Shown here piece after piece: positions 9,029 to 18,128 of a stretch of 32,000 bases of DNA. The notes under the pieces are model-generated. The model saw only the letters and a program-made list of their open reading frames with translations, was not told the origin of the DNA and searched no databases. Position numbers and translations under genes: made by a program. This DNA comes from Kaustia mangrovi (GTDB lineage: Bacteria > Pseudomonadota > Alphaproteobacteria > Rhizobiales > Im1): the NCBI RefSeq assembly GCF_015482775.1, contig NZ_CP058214.1, forward strand, positions 1,846,272-1,878,271, in the 5' to 3' direction. The stretch's first letter is position 1. Every line of letters starts with the position of its first letter.

Positions 9029-10324
9029 ATGGAGGGCGTGGGCGTCATCGATCGGTTCCTGCAGGTCTTTACCTCCTACATCGACTCCGGCTTCGGTCTG
9101 CTTGGCGGCGACGTCGCCTTCCTCGCGACCACGCTGATCGTCATCGACGTGACGCTCGCCGCATTGTTCTGGGCCTGGGGCGCCGACGACGACATCCTCG
9201 CTCGGCTGATCAAGAAAACGCTCTTCGTCGGCGTCTTCGCCTACATCATCGGCAACTGGAACACGCTCGCCCGCATCGTTTTCGAAAGCTTCGCCGGGCT
9301 GGGTCTCATCGCCTCGGGCGGAGCCTTGAGCGCCACCGAGCTTCTCCAGCCGGGCCGCATCGCCGAAATCGGCCTCGAGGCCGGTCGGCCGATCCTCGCC
9401 TCGATTGCCGAACTGATGGGCTTCGTCTCCTTCTTCGAGAACTTCATCCAGATCTCGATCCTGCTGTTCGCCTGGCTCGTCGTTCTCCTCTCCTTCTTCA
9501 TTCTGGCGATCCAGCTCTTCGTTACTCTGATCGAGTTCAAGCTGGCGACACTGGCCGGCTTCATCCTCGTGCCCTTCGGTCTCTTCAACAAGACCGCCTT
9601 CATGGCCGAACGCGTGCTCGGGCTGGTGATCTCGTCCGGCGTCAAGGTGCTGGTGCTCGCCGTGATCGTCGGCATCGGTTCGACCATTTTCGGCGAGTTC
9701 ACCGCAGGCTTCGCAGGCGAGCCGACCATCGAGGACGCCATGGCGATCGTGCTCGCCGCGCTCTCCATGCTGGCGCTCGGCATTTTCGGCCCCGGCATCG
9801 CCAATGGGATCGTCTCAGGCGGACCACAGCTCGGCGCTGGCGCCGCGGTCGGAACCGGTCTCGCCGCAGGCGGCATGGCAATGGGTGGCGTGGCGGGCGC
9901 AAAGCTTGCCGCCGGTGCGGCAGGCGCTGGGGCTCGTGGCACCGCGGCGCTGGCTGGCGGGGCATCGACCGCCTACCGCGTGGGCAGTACGGCCGCTGGC
10001 GGCGGCGCTCCCGGTGTCGCAGCAGGCATAGCCGGCGTCGGACAGGCCGGTGTCGATGCCGCGACGAGTCCGCTCCGCCGCTCGATGAGCGAGAGCTACC
10101 GGTCCGGTTCGCGCGCCGCCTTTGAGGCCACCGGCGGCAAGTTCACCGACGCTCCCCAAAGGTCGGCGTCCGCGCCAGGATCATCAAGCGGGCCGCCCGC
10201 CTGGGCGCGCCGCATGAAACACCAGCAGACCCTTCACCACGGCGCTGCCACCGCCGCCCATGTCGTTCGCTCCGGCGATCATGGCGGCGGCGGGACCGCT
10301 GTCAGCCTTTCGGAGAAATCATGA
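9029..10324 (+). CDS. trbL: TrbL (VirB6 family) conjugal transfer protein
   Basis: 431 aa and polytopic, with a Gly/Ala-rich C-terminal tail. The RBS gaggagg lies at 9014-9020. The position in the operon fits. Confidence 0.9.
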   Translation: MEGVGVIDRFLQVFTSYIDSGFGLLGGDVAFLATTLIVIDVTLAALFWAWGADDDILARLIKKTLFVGVFAYIIGNWNTLARIVFESFAGLGLIASGGALSATELLQPGRIAEIGLEAGRPILASIAELMGFVSFFENFIQISILLFAWLVVLLSFFILAIQLFVTLIEFKLATLAGFILVPFGLFNKTAFMAERVLGLVISSGVKVLVLAVIVGIGSTIFGEFTAGFAGEPTIEDAMAIVLAALSMLALGIFGPGIANGIVSGGPQLGAGAAVGTGLAAGGMAMGGVAGAKLAAGAAGAGARGTAALAGGASTAYRVGSTAAGGGAPGVAAGIAGVGQAGVDAATSPLRRSMSESYRSGSRAAFEATGGKFTDAPQRSASAPGSSSGPPAWARRMKHQQTLHHGAATAAHVVRSGDHGGGGTAVSLSEKS

Positions 10325-11007
10325 TGTTCCGTCGCCCGAGCGTTCGCTATTCCAAGACACCCGAGCCCGTCACGCCCTATCAGAAAGCCGCCCAGGCCTG
10401 GGACGAACGGATCGGTTCGGCGCGCGTCCAGGCCAGGAACTGGCGGTTGATGGCGTTCGGGTCCTTGCTGCTGTCAGCCGGGCTCAGCGCAGCCTTGGCC
10501 TGGCAATCCATGCAAGGGACGATCACGCCCTATGTCGTCGAAGTGGATCGGCTCGGCTCGGCGCAAGCCGTGGCGCCCGCGACCGCAGACTACCGCCCGA
10601 AAGACCCGCAGATTGCCTATCACCTGTCGCGCTTTATCGAGAATGTGCGCCAGATCCCCGCCGATCCGATCGTGCTGCGCCAGAACTGGCTGCGCGCCTA
10701 TGACTTCACCACCGACAGAGGGGCGGTCGCCCTCAACGACTATGCCCGCGTGAACGACCCCTTCGCCAAGGTCGGCGAAACGCAGATCTCGGTCGAGGTC
10801 TCCAGCGTCATCCGCGCTTCGGAGAGCAGTTTCCGCATTGCCTGGATCGAGCGCCGTTACACGAACGGGCAACTCGCTGCGACCGAGCGCTGGACCGCCA
10901 TTCTCACCATCGTCCTGCAACAGCCGCGCGACGCCGAGCGCCTGCGCAAGAACCCGCTCGGCATTTTCGTCAACGCCATCAACTGGTCCCGGGAGACTGC
11001 CCAATGA
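10321..11007 (+). CDS. trbF: TrbF (VirB8 family) conjugal transfer protein
   Basis: 228 aa with a single TM helix, then the YVVEVDRLG...FIENVR region. The start forms an ATGA overlap with trbL. Confidence 0.9.
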   Translation: MMFRRPSVRYSKTPEPVTPYQKAAQAWDERIGSARVQARNWRLMAFGSLLLSAGLSAALAWQSMQGTITPYVVEVDRLGSAQAVAPATADYRPKDPQIAYHLSRFIENVRQIPADPIVLRQNWLRAYDFTTDRGAVALNDYARVNDPFAKVGETQISVEVSSVIRASESSFRIAWIERRYTNGQLAATERWTAILTIVLQQPRDAERLRKNPLGIFVNAINWSRETAQ

Positions 11008-12029
11008 CAAGAACACGTTCGCCTCGCAAAGCCTCCATCGCCGTCCTTTTGGCCGCCACCGCCTTGTCGGGATGCGCGACCTTCAAGCCGCCCGAAATCG
11101 CCTATGACGAACCCGCCATCGAAGCGACGCTTCTCCCGGAACCGGAACGGCCGGTGCGGATCGTCGAGCGAACCGAACCACTGCCGCTACCGGGGCAGCT
11201 CAAGCCGGTTGACGGAGAAGAAGAACCGGAATCCACCGATCCTGCCGAACGCGTGACCGAGGCGAACGCCGCCGCCCGAATGGAGCCGGTGCGCGACGGT
11301 TTCATCAATGCCGTCCAGCTCTATCCATATAGCGAGGGTGCGCTTTATCAGGTCTATGCCTCGCCAGGCCAGATCACCGACATCGCCCTGCAACCCGGCG
11401 AGAAGCTGACCGGCTCCGGTCCGATCGCCGCCGGCGACACCGCCCGCTGGATCATCGGCGATACGCAGAGCGGCTCGGACGATTCCCAGCGCATCCATAT
11501 CCTCGTCAAACCGACACGGCCCGACCTTCAGACCAATCTCGTCATCAACACCGACAGACGGACCTACCATCTCGAACTGAGGGCGAACCCGTCCGCCTAT
11601 ATGGCGTCGGTCTCCTGGACCTATGCCGAAGACGCGCTGATCGCGCTCAGGCGACGCAATGACGAGGCGGAGGCTGCGCTGCCGATCGAACGCGACGTCG
11701 CGCTCGACTCTCTGCGCTTCCGCTACCGGATCGAAGGCGACCGCGCGCCCTGGCGGCCGCGGCGCGCCTTCGATGACGGGCGGCAGGTCTTCATCGAGTT
11801 TCCGCGCGGGATCGGTCAGGGTGAGATGCCGCCGCTTTTTGTCATTGGGCCCGAAGGCGAAGGCCAGCTCGTCAATTACCGCATCCGCCGCAACTACATG
11901 ATCGTCGACCGGCTCTTCGCGGCCGCCGAGCTACGCCTCGGCGACGAACAGAAGCGAGTACGGATCGTCCGCACCGACGGTGTGCGGCAGAGAGTAGCCG
12001 CACACCATTCTTCTGGTGGAGGCCGCTAA
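11004..12029 (+). CDS. trbG: TrbG (VirB9 family) conjugal transfer lipoprotein
   Basis: It has the lipobox LSGC near the N-terminus and the VirB9-like segment YSEGALYQVYASPGQITDIALQPGEKL. The start forms an ATGA overlap with trbF. Confidence 0.9.
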   Translation: MTRTRSPRKASIAVLLAATALSGCATFKPPEIAYDEPAIEATLLPEPERPVRIVERTEPLPLPGQLKPVDGEEEPESTDPAERVTEANAAARMEPVRDGFINAVQLYPYSEGALYQVYASPGQITDIALQPGEKLTGSGPIAAGDTARWIIGDTQSGSDDSQRIHILVKPTRPDLQTNLVINTDRRTYHLELRANPSAYMASVSWTYAEDALIALRRRNDEAEAALPIERDVALDSLRFRYRIEGDRAPWRPRRAFDDGRQVFIEFPRGIGQGEMPPLFVIGPEGEGQLVNYRIRRNYMIVDRLFAAAELRLGDEQKRVRIVRTDGVRQRVAAHHSSGGGR

Positions 12030-13219
12030 TGAGCGAGAAAACCGAGAAAGGGCCGGAGATCGATGACGGGAAGGACATCGCCGCGTCACTGAGACTGCGC
12101 GCCGATCCGCCGCGTGTGATGCGGCTTTCACGCCGGACGCTCATGGTTCTGGGAACGGTAGGCGGTCTTGGGCTCGGGGCCATCCTGATCGTTGCGCTGC
12201 AGAACCGCGAACCTGTCGATGGTCCGCAAGAGCTCTATTCCACAGAGCGCATTCAGGAAGCCGAAGGCCTGTCGCGCCTCCCGGCGGATTACACGGATGT
12301 GCCGCAGCTCGGCCCGCCACTGCCTGGCGAACTCGGACGGCCGATCCTGTCGGCTCAGCAGCGCGGCGAGCCGGTCCCCTCACCAGTTGTCACCACCCCG
12401 GCCGCCGATCCGGAGGAACAGCGCCGCGCCCAGGAAATGGAAGCGGCTCGCCTCAGCCAACTCTTCGCCGATGCCAACACCACCGTTCGGGAACCACCGC
12501 AAACCACGCAAGTGGCTGCGGCTCCGCCCACCGCCGAGTCATTCTTTCCCGCCAATGCGGCTTCGGCTGCGCCGGACGCGACGGAACGGCGCGAAGCCTT
12601 TCTCGACCAACCTGTCGATCGCCGCACGAGGAGCACTGACCGGCTTGCCGATCCGCCGAGCCCTTATGTCGTCCAGGCCGGCGCGGTCATTCCGGCGGCG
12701 CTTGTTACCGGCCTTCGTTCTGATCTTCCCGGCCAGATCACCGCTCAGGTGACATCCCATGTCTATGACAGCCCGACCGGACGTTTCCTGTTGATCCCGC
12801 AGGGATCGCGCCTCATCGGCGAATATGACAGCCGCGTCGCCTTCGGGCAGAGCCGCGTGCTGCTGGCCTGGACGCGGCTGATCCTGCCCAACGGCCGCTC
12901 CATCACCCTCGAACGCCAACCCGGCGCCGACGAAGCCGGCTACGCCGGGCTCGAAGATGGCGTCGATCATCACTGGGGCCGCTTGCTCATGGCGGCCGGG
13001 CTCGCCACCATACTGAATATTGGCGTGGAGCTTGGCGCCGACGATGATGACGACATCGCCCGCGCTATCCGCGAGGGGACGCAGGACACGATCGGTCGCG
13101 CCGGCGACGAAATTGTCCGCCGTCAGATTTCAATTCCACCGACCCTGACCATTCGACCGGGTTTCCCGGTGCGGGTCATGGTCACCCGCGACCTCATCCT
13201 TGAACCCTATCGGAGCTGA
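12029..13219 (+). CDS. trbI: TrbI (VirB10 family) conjugal transfer protein
   Basis: 396 aa with a TM helix, a Pro-rich linker and a C-terminal VirB10 domain (VIPAALVTGLRSDLPGQITAQVTSHVYDS...GYAGLEDGVDHHW). It shares a 1-nt overlap (TAATG) with trbG. Confidence 0.9.
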   Translation: MSEKTEKGPEIDDGKDIAASLRLRADPPRVMRLSRRTLMVLGTVGGLGLGAILIVALQNREPVDGPQELYSTERIQEAEGLSRLPADYTDVPQLGPPLPGELGRPILSAQQRGEPVPSPVVTTPAADPEEQRRAQEMEAARLSQLFADANTTVREPPQTTQVAAAPPTAESFFPANAASAAPDATERREAFLDQPVDRRTRSTDRLADPPSPYVVQAGAVIPAALVTGLRSDLPGQITAQVTSHVYDSPTGRFLLIPQGSRLIGEYDSRVAFGQSRVLLAWTRLILPNGRSITLERQPGADEAGYAGLEDGVDHHWGRLLMAAGLATILNIGVELGADDDDDIARAIREGTQDTIGRAGDEIVRRQISIPPTLTIRPGFPVRVMVTRDLILEPYRS

Positions 13220-13222
13220 TCC

Positions 13223-13489
13223 ATGACCAAGCTGAAACTCGGAGCAATTCCTGACGACAAACCCGTCAAACTGAACATCGAACTGCCCGCCCACATTCAT
13301 CGCGATCTCGTTGCCTATGCCGAATTGCTGGCGCGCGAGACGGGGCAGAAGAACGAGCCAGCCAAGCTCATTGCGCCGATGCTGGCACGGTTCATGGCAA
13401 CCGATCGCGGGTTCGCCAAGACACGGAAGGAAGGCAGTCGTAGGACGTCAATGAGTGGAGCCAAGCCAACGGGCGACGGTGCCGTTTGA
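13223..13489 (+). CDS. DUF2274-family small protein (conserved last gene of Trb operons)
   Basis: MTKLKLGAIPDDKPVKLNIELPAHIHRDLVAYAELLARETGQ...LIAPMLARFMATDRGFAK matches my recollection of DUF2274 proteins encoded after trbI. Confidence 0.8.
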   Translation: MTKLKLGAIPDDKPVKLNIELPAHIHRDLVAYAELLARETGQKNEPAKLIAPMLARFMATDRGFAKTRKEGSRRTSMSGAKPTGDGAV

Positions 13490-14365
13490 CATTGATCGCG
13501 CCATACTCAGCAGACGGCGAAGCGCCGGATTGTCATTCCGGGGCGACCACACAGCGCAGAAGGGAAGGACTTCTCCTGCGATCGGTCGATACGCGACGCC
13601 GGGAAACTGCGCGACCGTCGTTGCTTCACTGGTGAGCGTCATCCCACGTCCTGCCGCTACGAGGGACAGGATGTTGTCGCGACCGACCTGCTGCGGATTG
13701 ATCTCGGGACGATGACCTAGATCGGCTAGCCTCTGCACTAGATAGTCATGGAGCTCCGGACCTGGCGCCACGTTGCTTACAACAAAGCTCTCGCCTGCAA
13801 GATCGGACCAGTCGAGTTCTTCTTTTCTCGTAAGCGTATGGCCTTTTGGCAAGGCGGCAAAGACGCGCTCCAACCACAGAGTAACTGTCTCGCACTCCGA
13901 CCAATCTCGCGTTCCGGTGACGAAGGCGACGTCCAGTGCGCGTTGCCGGATCGCCGCAACATGCTCATCCGGGTTACCATCGGAGAGGTCAATCCGAACA
14001 CCGGGATGGCTCTTGTCGTAGGCCTGCAGAAGTTCCGCGAGAAACCCCGAGGCGAGTGAAGAGAAGATCCCCACCCGTAAGCACCCATTTTCACAGCATC
14101 CGATCGCGGCGACATCCTGGATGCCACTACCGATCTGTTGAAGCGCTATGCGCACTCGATATAGGAAACGCTCACCCCCAATGGTCAAGTCGACGCCGCC
14201 AATATGTCGATGGAACAGGGAAGCGCCGAGCCGATCCTCAAGGTCACGAACTGCACGGCTAACCGTCGATTCCTGAACGCCGAGCGCCGCAGCGGCCTTC
14301 CGAAGGCTGCCATGTTCTGTGGTGGCAACAAAGTATCGCAGGTGACGCAATTCGATGGCGTGCAA
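13448..14365 (-). CDS. LysR-family transcriptional regulator
   Basis: It has the HTH IELRHLRYFVATTEHGSLRKAAAALGVQESTVSRAVRDLEDRLG and a LysR substrate-binding domain. No ATG lies near the HTH. I place the start at TTG 14365 (giving MHAIELRHLRYF). The ORF track's ATG at 14476 would add 37 non-conserved residues. Confidence 0.8.
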   Translation of the reverse strand: MHAIELRHLRYFVATTEHGSLRKAAAALGVQESTVSRAVRDLEDRLGASLFHRHIGGVDLTIGGERFLYRVRIALQQIGSGIQDVAAIGCCENGCLRVGIFSSLASGFLAELLQAYDKSHPGVRIDLSDGNPDEHVAAIRQRALDVAFVTGTRDWSECETVTLWLERVFAALPKGHTLTRKEELDWSDLAGESFVVSNVAPGPELHDYLVQRLADLGHRPEINPQQVGRDNILSLVAAGRGMTLTSEATTVAQFPGVAYRPIAGEVLPFCAVWSPRNDNPALRRLLSMARSMSNGTVARWLGSTH

Positions 14366-14607
14366 GCACCGCGAACGATGGGTACTCTGCGTCTCATATG
14401 TAGAGGCTTGTGCGGGAGGCCCTTCGCCTCCAGCTGATTGAGCACCCAGGCAGCCTCTATGCCTCTGACACGTCACTGGCGAAGTTCCATGCGCCCTGCA
14501 GCTTTGCGGAAGCTACCGGTCTCGGCTGCCGACAGCATCACCTCACTATCGTGAAGCTGTATTCTTTGCTTGTGCGGAGCTAACGACATGGGGATCAATC
14601 ATTTTGG

Positions 14608-15183
14608 TCAGGGAGATGGTTGGCGCGAACGGTCCAGCTTGTTCCTGCTATGAATTATTTCGACTCTGACAGCGTCGAGATGCACACCGTAATCGGTGCC
14701 AGTCGTGTCCGTGAACATGATCCGGGTCACCGCAGAGTTAGCGGCGCCCTCGAAACGTAGAGTTTCCTGTCGGTACCCTTCCTGGTCGGGAGAAACTTCA
14801 AAGTTTGCGCTCGCGGAGCCGGCGCTCACCGTCAGCGTCGTGGCTCCAGCGGCGTCCGGCTCGTTATCGAGGTGAAAGACCAACCGGTAGGTCGAGCCCG
14901 GATCGGTCGGCACGTCCTGATAGACCGTGCCCGAGCCATTGAGGGCCAGGAACTGGCGCCCGGAGCGTGCTTCAAAATCGCGTCCGTAGGCCTCATTGAT
15001 GATCTCGGCTTCATCCTGTTCGACCGTCCAAGCTGGCAAACTCTCATCGAAGAACTGATAGCCGTCGACCGTAGGATCCTCGAAGCCGCCGTTGTCGAGA
15101 CGATCGTTCTGGCGCTGGATTTGCGCATGCGCCGGACTCAACGTCACGGCGGCGATGACAGCAAACGTGAAGACGCTCTTCAT
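14608..15183 (-). CDS. Secreted DUF642 / galactose-binding-like domain protein
   Basis: The signal peptide is MKSVFTFAVIAAVTLSPAHA. The pattern NGGFEDP...LPAWTV...GRQFLALNGSGTVYQDVPTDPGSTYRLVF resembles DUF642 as I remember it. The start forms an ATGA overlap with the upstream lactonase gene. Confidence 0.55.
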   Translation of the reverse strand: MKSVFTFAVIAAVTLSPAHAQIQRQNDRLDNGGFEDPTVDGYQFFDESLPAWTVEQDEAEIINEAYGRDFEARSGRQFLALNGSGTVYQDVPTDPGSTYRLVFHLDNEPDAAGATTLTVSAGSASANFEVSPDQEGYRQETLRFEGAANSAVTRIMFTDTTGTDYGVHLDAVRVEIIHSRNKLDRSRQPSP

Positions 15184-16037
15184 TGGAGTGCCTCTTCATA
15201 ATCTAGTCGCAGCAGCGCGCCCGAGGCCGGAGCGACCTGAAGGTCGGCGTCGGACAGGCCAACCCGCGCCGTCGTGACGAAGAGGTGCCGACCATCGCCG
15301 GCGAAGGTGCAGCACGTGGGCCGCGGAACGGGCAGTTCGATCTTTCGCTCGACCTTACCCTCTGGATCGATCCGCAGAATGGCGGAGCCATCGAAGAGAA
15401 CGCTGAGGAAGAACCCTTCCTCATCGATGGTCAGTCCGTCCGGCTTGCCGAGAGCGGGGTCGATGCTGAAGAACAGGCGCCGATTGCCGATGTCACCGGA
15501 GTTCGGCTCAAAGTCGTAGGCGTGGATTTCGCCCTTGTGCGAGTCTGTGAAGTAAAAGGTTCGCCCGTCGTGGCTCCATTCGAGGCCGTTGGGCAAGTCG
15601 AAGCCTCTGTCAAAAACATGCCAGATCCCATCAGGATCATAGCGATAGAGGATGCCGCTTCCTTTGCGGCCCTCAGTGTTCATGAGGCCAGTCCATAACC
15701 GGCCCTGGCTATCGTATTTTCCGTCATTGAATCGAAAGCCCGGTTCCGCATGTGGAGGACTTGCGAAACGCTCGACTTCACCATTCGATGTCAGCCGGGC
15801 GAGATCGGACCCAAGTCCCAGGGTGAGCGTGCCCAACGGGTCCTCCGCCAGCGCGCCGACAATGGCCGGAATCTCCAACGTCTCGTTTCGCCCGGCGGCT
15901 CGATCATAGGCGTGGAGCTTGCCACCCATGATATCGATCCAGAGCAACCGCTGGCGCTTGGCGCTCCATATCGGACTTTCGCCGATCGTCGCATCAATCT
16001 GGACTGCCGTTGTGATGTCGGGGACCACGGTCTTCAT
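15180..16037 (-). CDS. SMP-30/gluconolactonase/LRE-family protein
   Basis: GESPIWSAKRQRLLWIDIMGGKLHAYD...RFNDGKYDSQGRLWTG...LPNGLEWSHDGRTFYFTDS...PDGLTIDEEG are the typical beta-propeller lactonase motifs. ATG 16037 (RBS ggagg) forms an ATGA overlap with the SDR stop. Confidence 0.85.
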   Translation of the reverse strand: MKTVVPDITTAVQIDATIGESPIWSAKRQRLLWIDIMGGKLHAYDRAAGRNETLEIPAIVGALAEDPLGTLTLGLGSDLARLTSNGEVERFASPPHAEPGFRFNDGKYDSQGRLWTGLMNTEGRKGSGILYRYDPDGIWHVFDRGFDLPNGLEWSHDGRTFYFTDSHKGEIHAYDFEPNSGDIGNRRLFFSIDPALGKPDGLTIDEEGFFLSVLFDGSAILRIDPEGKVERKIELPVPRPTCCTFAGDGRHLFVTTARVGLSDADLQVAPASGALLRLDYEEALQ

Positions 16038-16900
16038 CGCCTCGCCTCCGGCGCAGCGATTGCGATTTTCTCCCACGCGTCGGCGACTATCTCGGGGCTG
16101 TCGGCGCTCACGGCGCGCAGATCACGCGGATAGCCGACCCCCTCGGCCTCGGCTGCCTTGAACGCATAGAATTGTCCGTTGCTGGCGCGCAGCACCCAGG
16201 CGCTCGTGCGACATGCCTCCGACACCAGGAAGATCGCGCCTGACGCCACCGCATTCGGGCGCAGGTCGTCGGGCTCGCCCTCGACACCCCACATCCGCGT
16301 CTTCGCGACCGGTGAGATAGCGTTGACGAGGATACCGTGCGGCGCGCCCTCGTGTGCAAGCACGTTCGTGATGCCGACCGTCGCCATCTTTGCCGCCGCG
16401 TAGGCGGCGAGCCCCGCCTGCACGTACTCGGGATAAAGCGCCCGGTCAGACGTCGTGAGGAGGATGCGGCCATAGCCTTGCGCTTTCATCGCCGGCCAGG
16501 CCGCCTGCGCCAGCCATAGTGGCGTTTCCACGCCGAGCCCGGTCATCCGTGCGAGGAAGTCCGGCTCAAGCTCCTCGATTCCCTGATAGCCGACCCAGCC
16601 GGCATTGTGGATGAGGATGTCGAGACGTCCATATGCCGAGATGGCCTCTTCAATCAATGCGCGGCAGCCCTCGCGGCTGTCGATCGGTCCACTCGCCGCA
16701 CGGGCATCGTAGCCTTGCGAACGCAGCCGCGCGGCGGCCGATTCTGCGACGGAAGGATCCTGGGATGTGCCGTCTTCGTTGGCACCTATGTCGTGGATGA
16801 CGACACGCGCACCACGCGCAGCGAGAAGCTCCGCATAGGCATAGCCGATGCCACGCCCGGCTCCGGTTACGATAGCGGCACGGTTTTCGAAACGGATCAT
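16034..16900 (-). CDS. SDR-family oxidoreductase (MFE-2-like subgroup)
   Basis: AAIVTGAGRGIGYAYAELLAARGARVVIHD is a TGxxxGxG Rossmann motif. NAG and the catalytic YAAAK are present. ATG 16900, preceded by gaggagagg, is preferred over TTG 16918. Confidence 0.85.
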   Translation of the reverse strand: MIRFENRAAIVTGAGRGIGYAYAELLAARGARVVIHDIGANEDGTSQDPSVAESAAARLRSQGYDARAASGPIDSREGCRALIEEAISAYGRLDILIHNAGWVGYQGIEELEPDFLARMTGLGVETPLWLAQAAWPAMKAQGYGRILLTTSDRALYPEYVQAGLAAYAAAKMATVGITNVLAHEGAPHGILVNAISPVAKTRMWGVEGEPDDLRPNAVASGAIFLVSEACRTSAWVLRASNGQFYAFKAAEAEGVGYPRDLRAVSADSPEIVADAWEKIAIAAPEARR

Positions 16901-16989
16901 GCGCCTCTCCTCAATCAATTCAGGAGAAAGCTAAAAAGCGCAGGACGATCCGTCCAATACCGATTTTACGCCATCATGATCTACATTTC

Positions 16990-17868
16990 CTATCGTGATG
17001 CGATATCGACGAAGTTCTGCGCGGCCGCGCTGAGTGGCTCATCACTACGGCACAGGAAGAGGGTGAAGTCCGACCCTGCTACATCCAGGGGCCGGTAGAC
17101 GATCTCTGCGGCGCGGAAGCCGGTCATGCTGGCGGGCACGACCGAGACGCCGATCTCGACGGCGACCAAGGCGAGAACGCCGTGCATCTGGTGCGCCTCC
17201 TGCACCACCTGAGGTACGAACCCAGCCGTAGCGCAGAGCTGAATGACCTGGTGGTGAAAGCCCCGGCCCTCCGCTGCGGGCCACATCACGAAAGGCTCAT
17301 CCGCTAGATCCGAAAGCGCAAGGTCCCTCTTAGCCGCTAAGGAATGCGACGCCGGCAAGGCGATGGCGAACCGGTCTTCGTCGAACGCACTCATATGCAG
17401 CCCAGTATCGTCCGGCAGTGGAGGGAGGAGAACGGCTATGTCGCAGAGACCTTCGCGCAGCGTTGCCACCTGTGCGGCGGTGGTCGCCTCTTTGAGTTCG
17501 AGGCGCACGTCCGGAAAAGCACGCCGGAAGGCGCGCACTGTTTCAGCCAACCGGCCATACATCGCGCTTCCGACATAGGTCAGGCGAAGCGTTCCTGTGC
17601 GCCCGGCAGCAGCGTCCCGGGCCGCCGTGACGGCAAGATCCGCCTGTTCGACAGTCAGGAGTGCATGTTCGAGAAGTGCCTTGCCGGCAGGTGTCAACCG
17701 GATGACACGGTTGCCACGTTCCAGCAGTTCCGTGCCGATCTCCTCTTCCAGCCGCCGGACGGTGGCGGTGAGCGGCGGTTGGGACATGTTGAGCCGTTCA
17801 GCCGCGCGATGGAAATGCAGCTCCTCAGCGACTGCGATGAATTGCCGAAGTTGTCGAAGGTCAATCAC
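16990..17868 (-). CDS. LysR-family transcriptional regulator
   Basis: MIDLRQLRQFIAVAEELHFHRAAERLNMSQPPLTATVRRLEEEIG is the HTH, followed by a LysR effector domain. 292 aa. Confidence 0.88.
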   Translation of the reverse strand: MIDLRQLRQFIAVAEELHFHRAAERLNMSQPPLTATVRRLEEEIGTELLERGNRVIRLTPAGKALLEHALLTVEQADLAVTAARDAAAGRTGTLRLTYVGSAMYGRLAETVRAFRRAFPDVRLELKEATTAAQVATLREGLCDIAVLLPPLPDDTGLHMSAFDEDRFAIALPASHSLAAKRDLALSDLADEPFVMWPAAEGRGFHHQVIQLCATAGFVPQVVQEAHQMHGVLALVAVEIGVSVVPASMTGFRAAEIVYRPLDVAGSDFTLFLCRSDEPLSAAAQNFVDIASR

Positions 17869-18066
17869 TCATCCCGCCTCTTCTCTGAGCACCATCGTCC
17901 GTTTGCTTTTTGTAACAATAACATGGTGATAGTAGTAGCGCGGCGCCACTGGCCAACTCGCTGTTGGTGCGCAACGTCATCGCAGCGTTATAACGAAGGA
18001 GTTATTCGCCGAATCGACTTGCGTTCCCACCGTGCGAGCTTCGAACCACGTTCGATTCGACACGAG

Positions 18067-18118
18067 TGAAGTGATCCCGGTTTCCCGGACAGTTTGACGG
18101 CTGAGTTAAGGTGTATCC
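18067..18118. repeat. IS3-family element inverted repeat (orfB-proximal end)
   Basis: TGAAGTGATCCCGGTTTCCCGGACAGTTTGACGGCTGAGTTAAGGTGTATCC pairs with the reverse complement of 19282-19324. Confidence 0.85.
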
Positions 18119-18128
18119 GGGTCAAGTT

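Noticed and set aside
8911-10125. 404-aa Arg-rich ORF overlapping trbL in another frame (similarly 3763-4632 over trbB)
   Set aside because: Extreme Arg/Gly/His composition is typical of an off-frame reading of GC-rich coding sequence, and the overlapping genes are strongly supported.
13430-13489. DUF2274 C-terminal tail (KEGSRRTSMSGAKPTGDGAV), considered as a chimeric or truncated end created at the cargo junction
   Set aside because: The overall length (88 aa) and the position of the conserved RGFAK motif are within the range I remember for the family, so the tail need not be foreign. The overlap is reported as a junction only.
18030-18066. GGTTCGAA / TCGAATCGAAC-like strings next to the IS, reminiscent of a tRNA T-arm and hence a possible att-site remnant
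   Set aside because: I could not fold a T-stem (the flanking 5-mers are not complementary), an acceptor stem or any other cloverleaf element. It is most likely chance.
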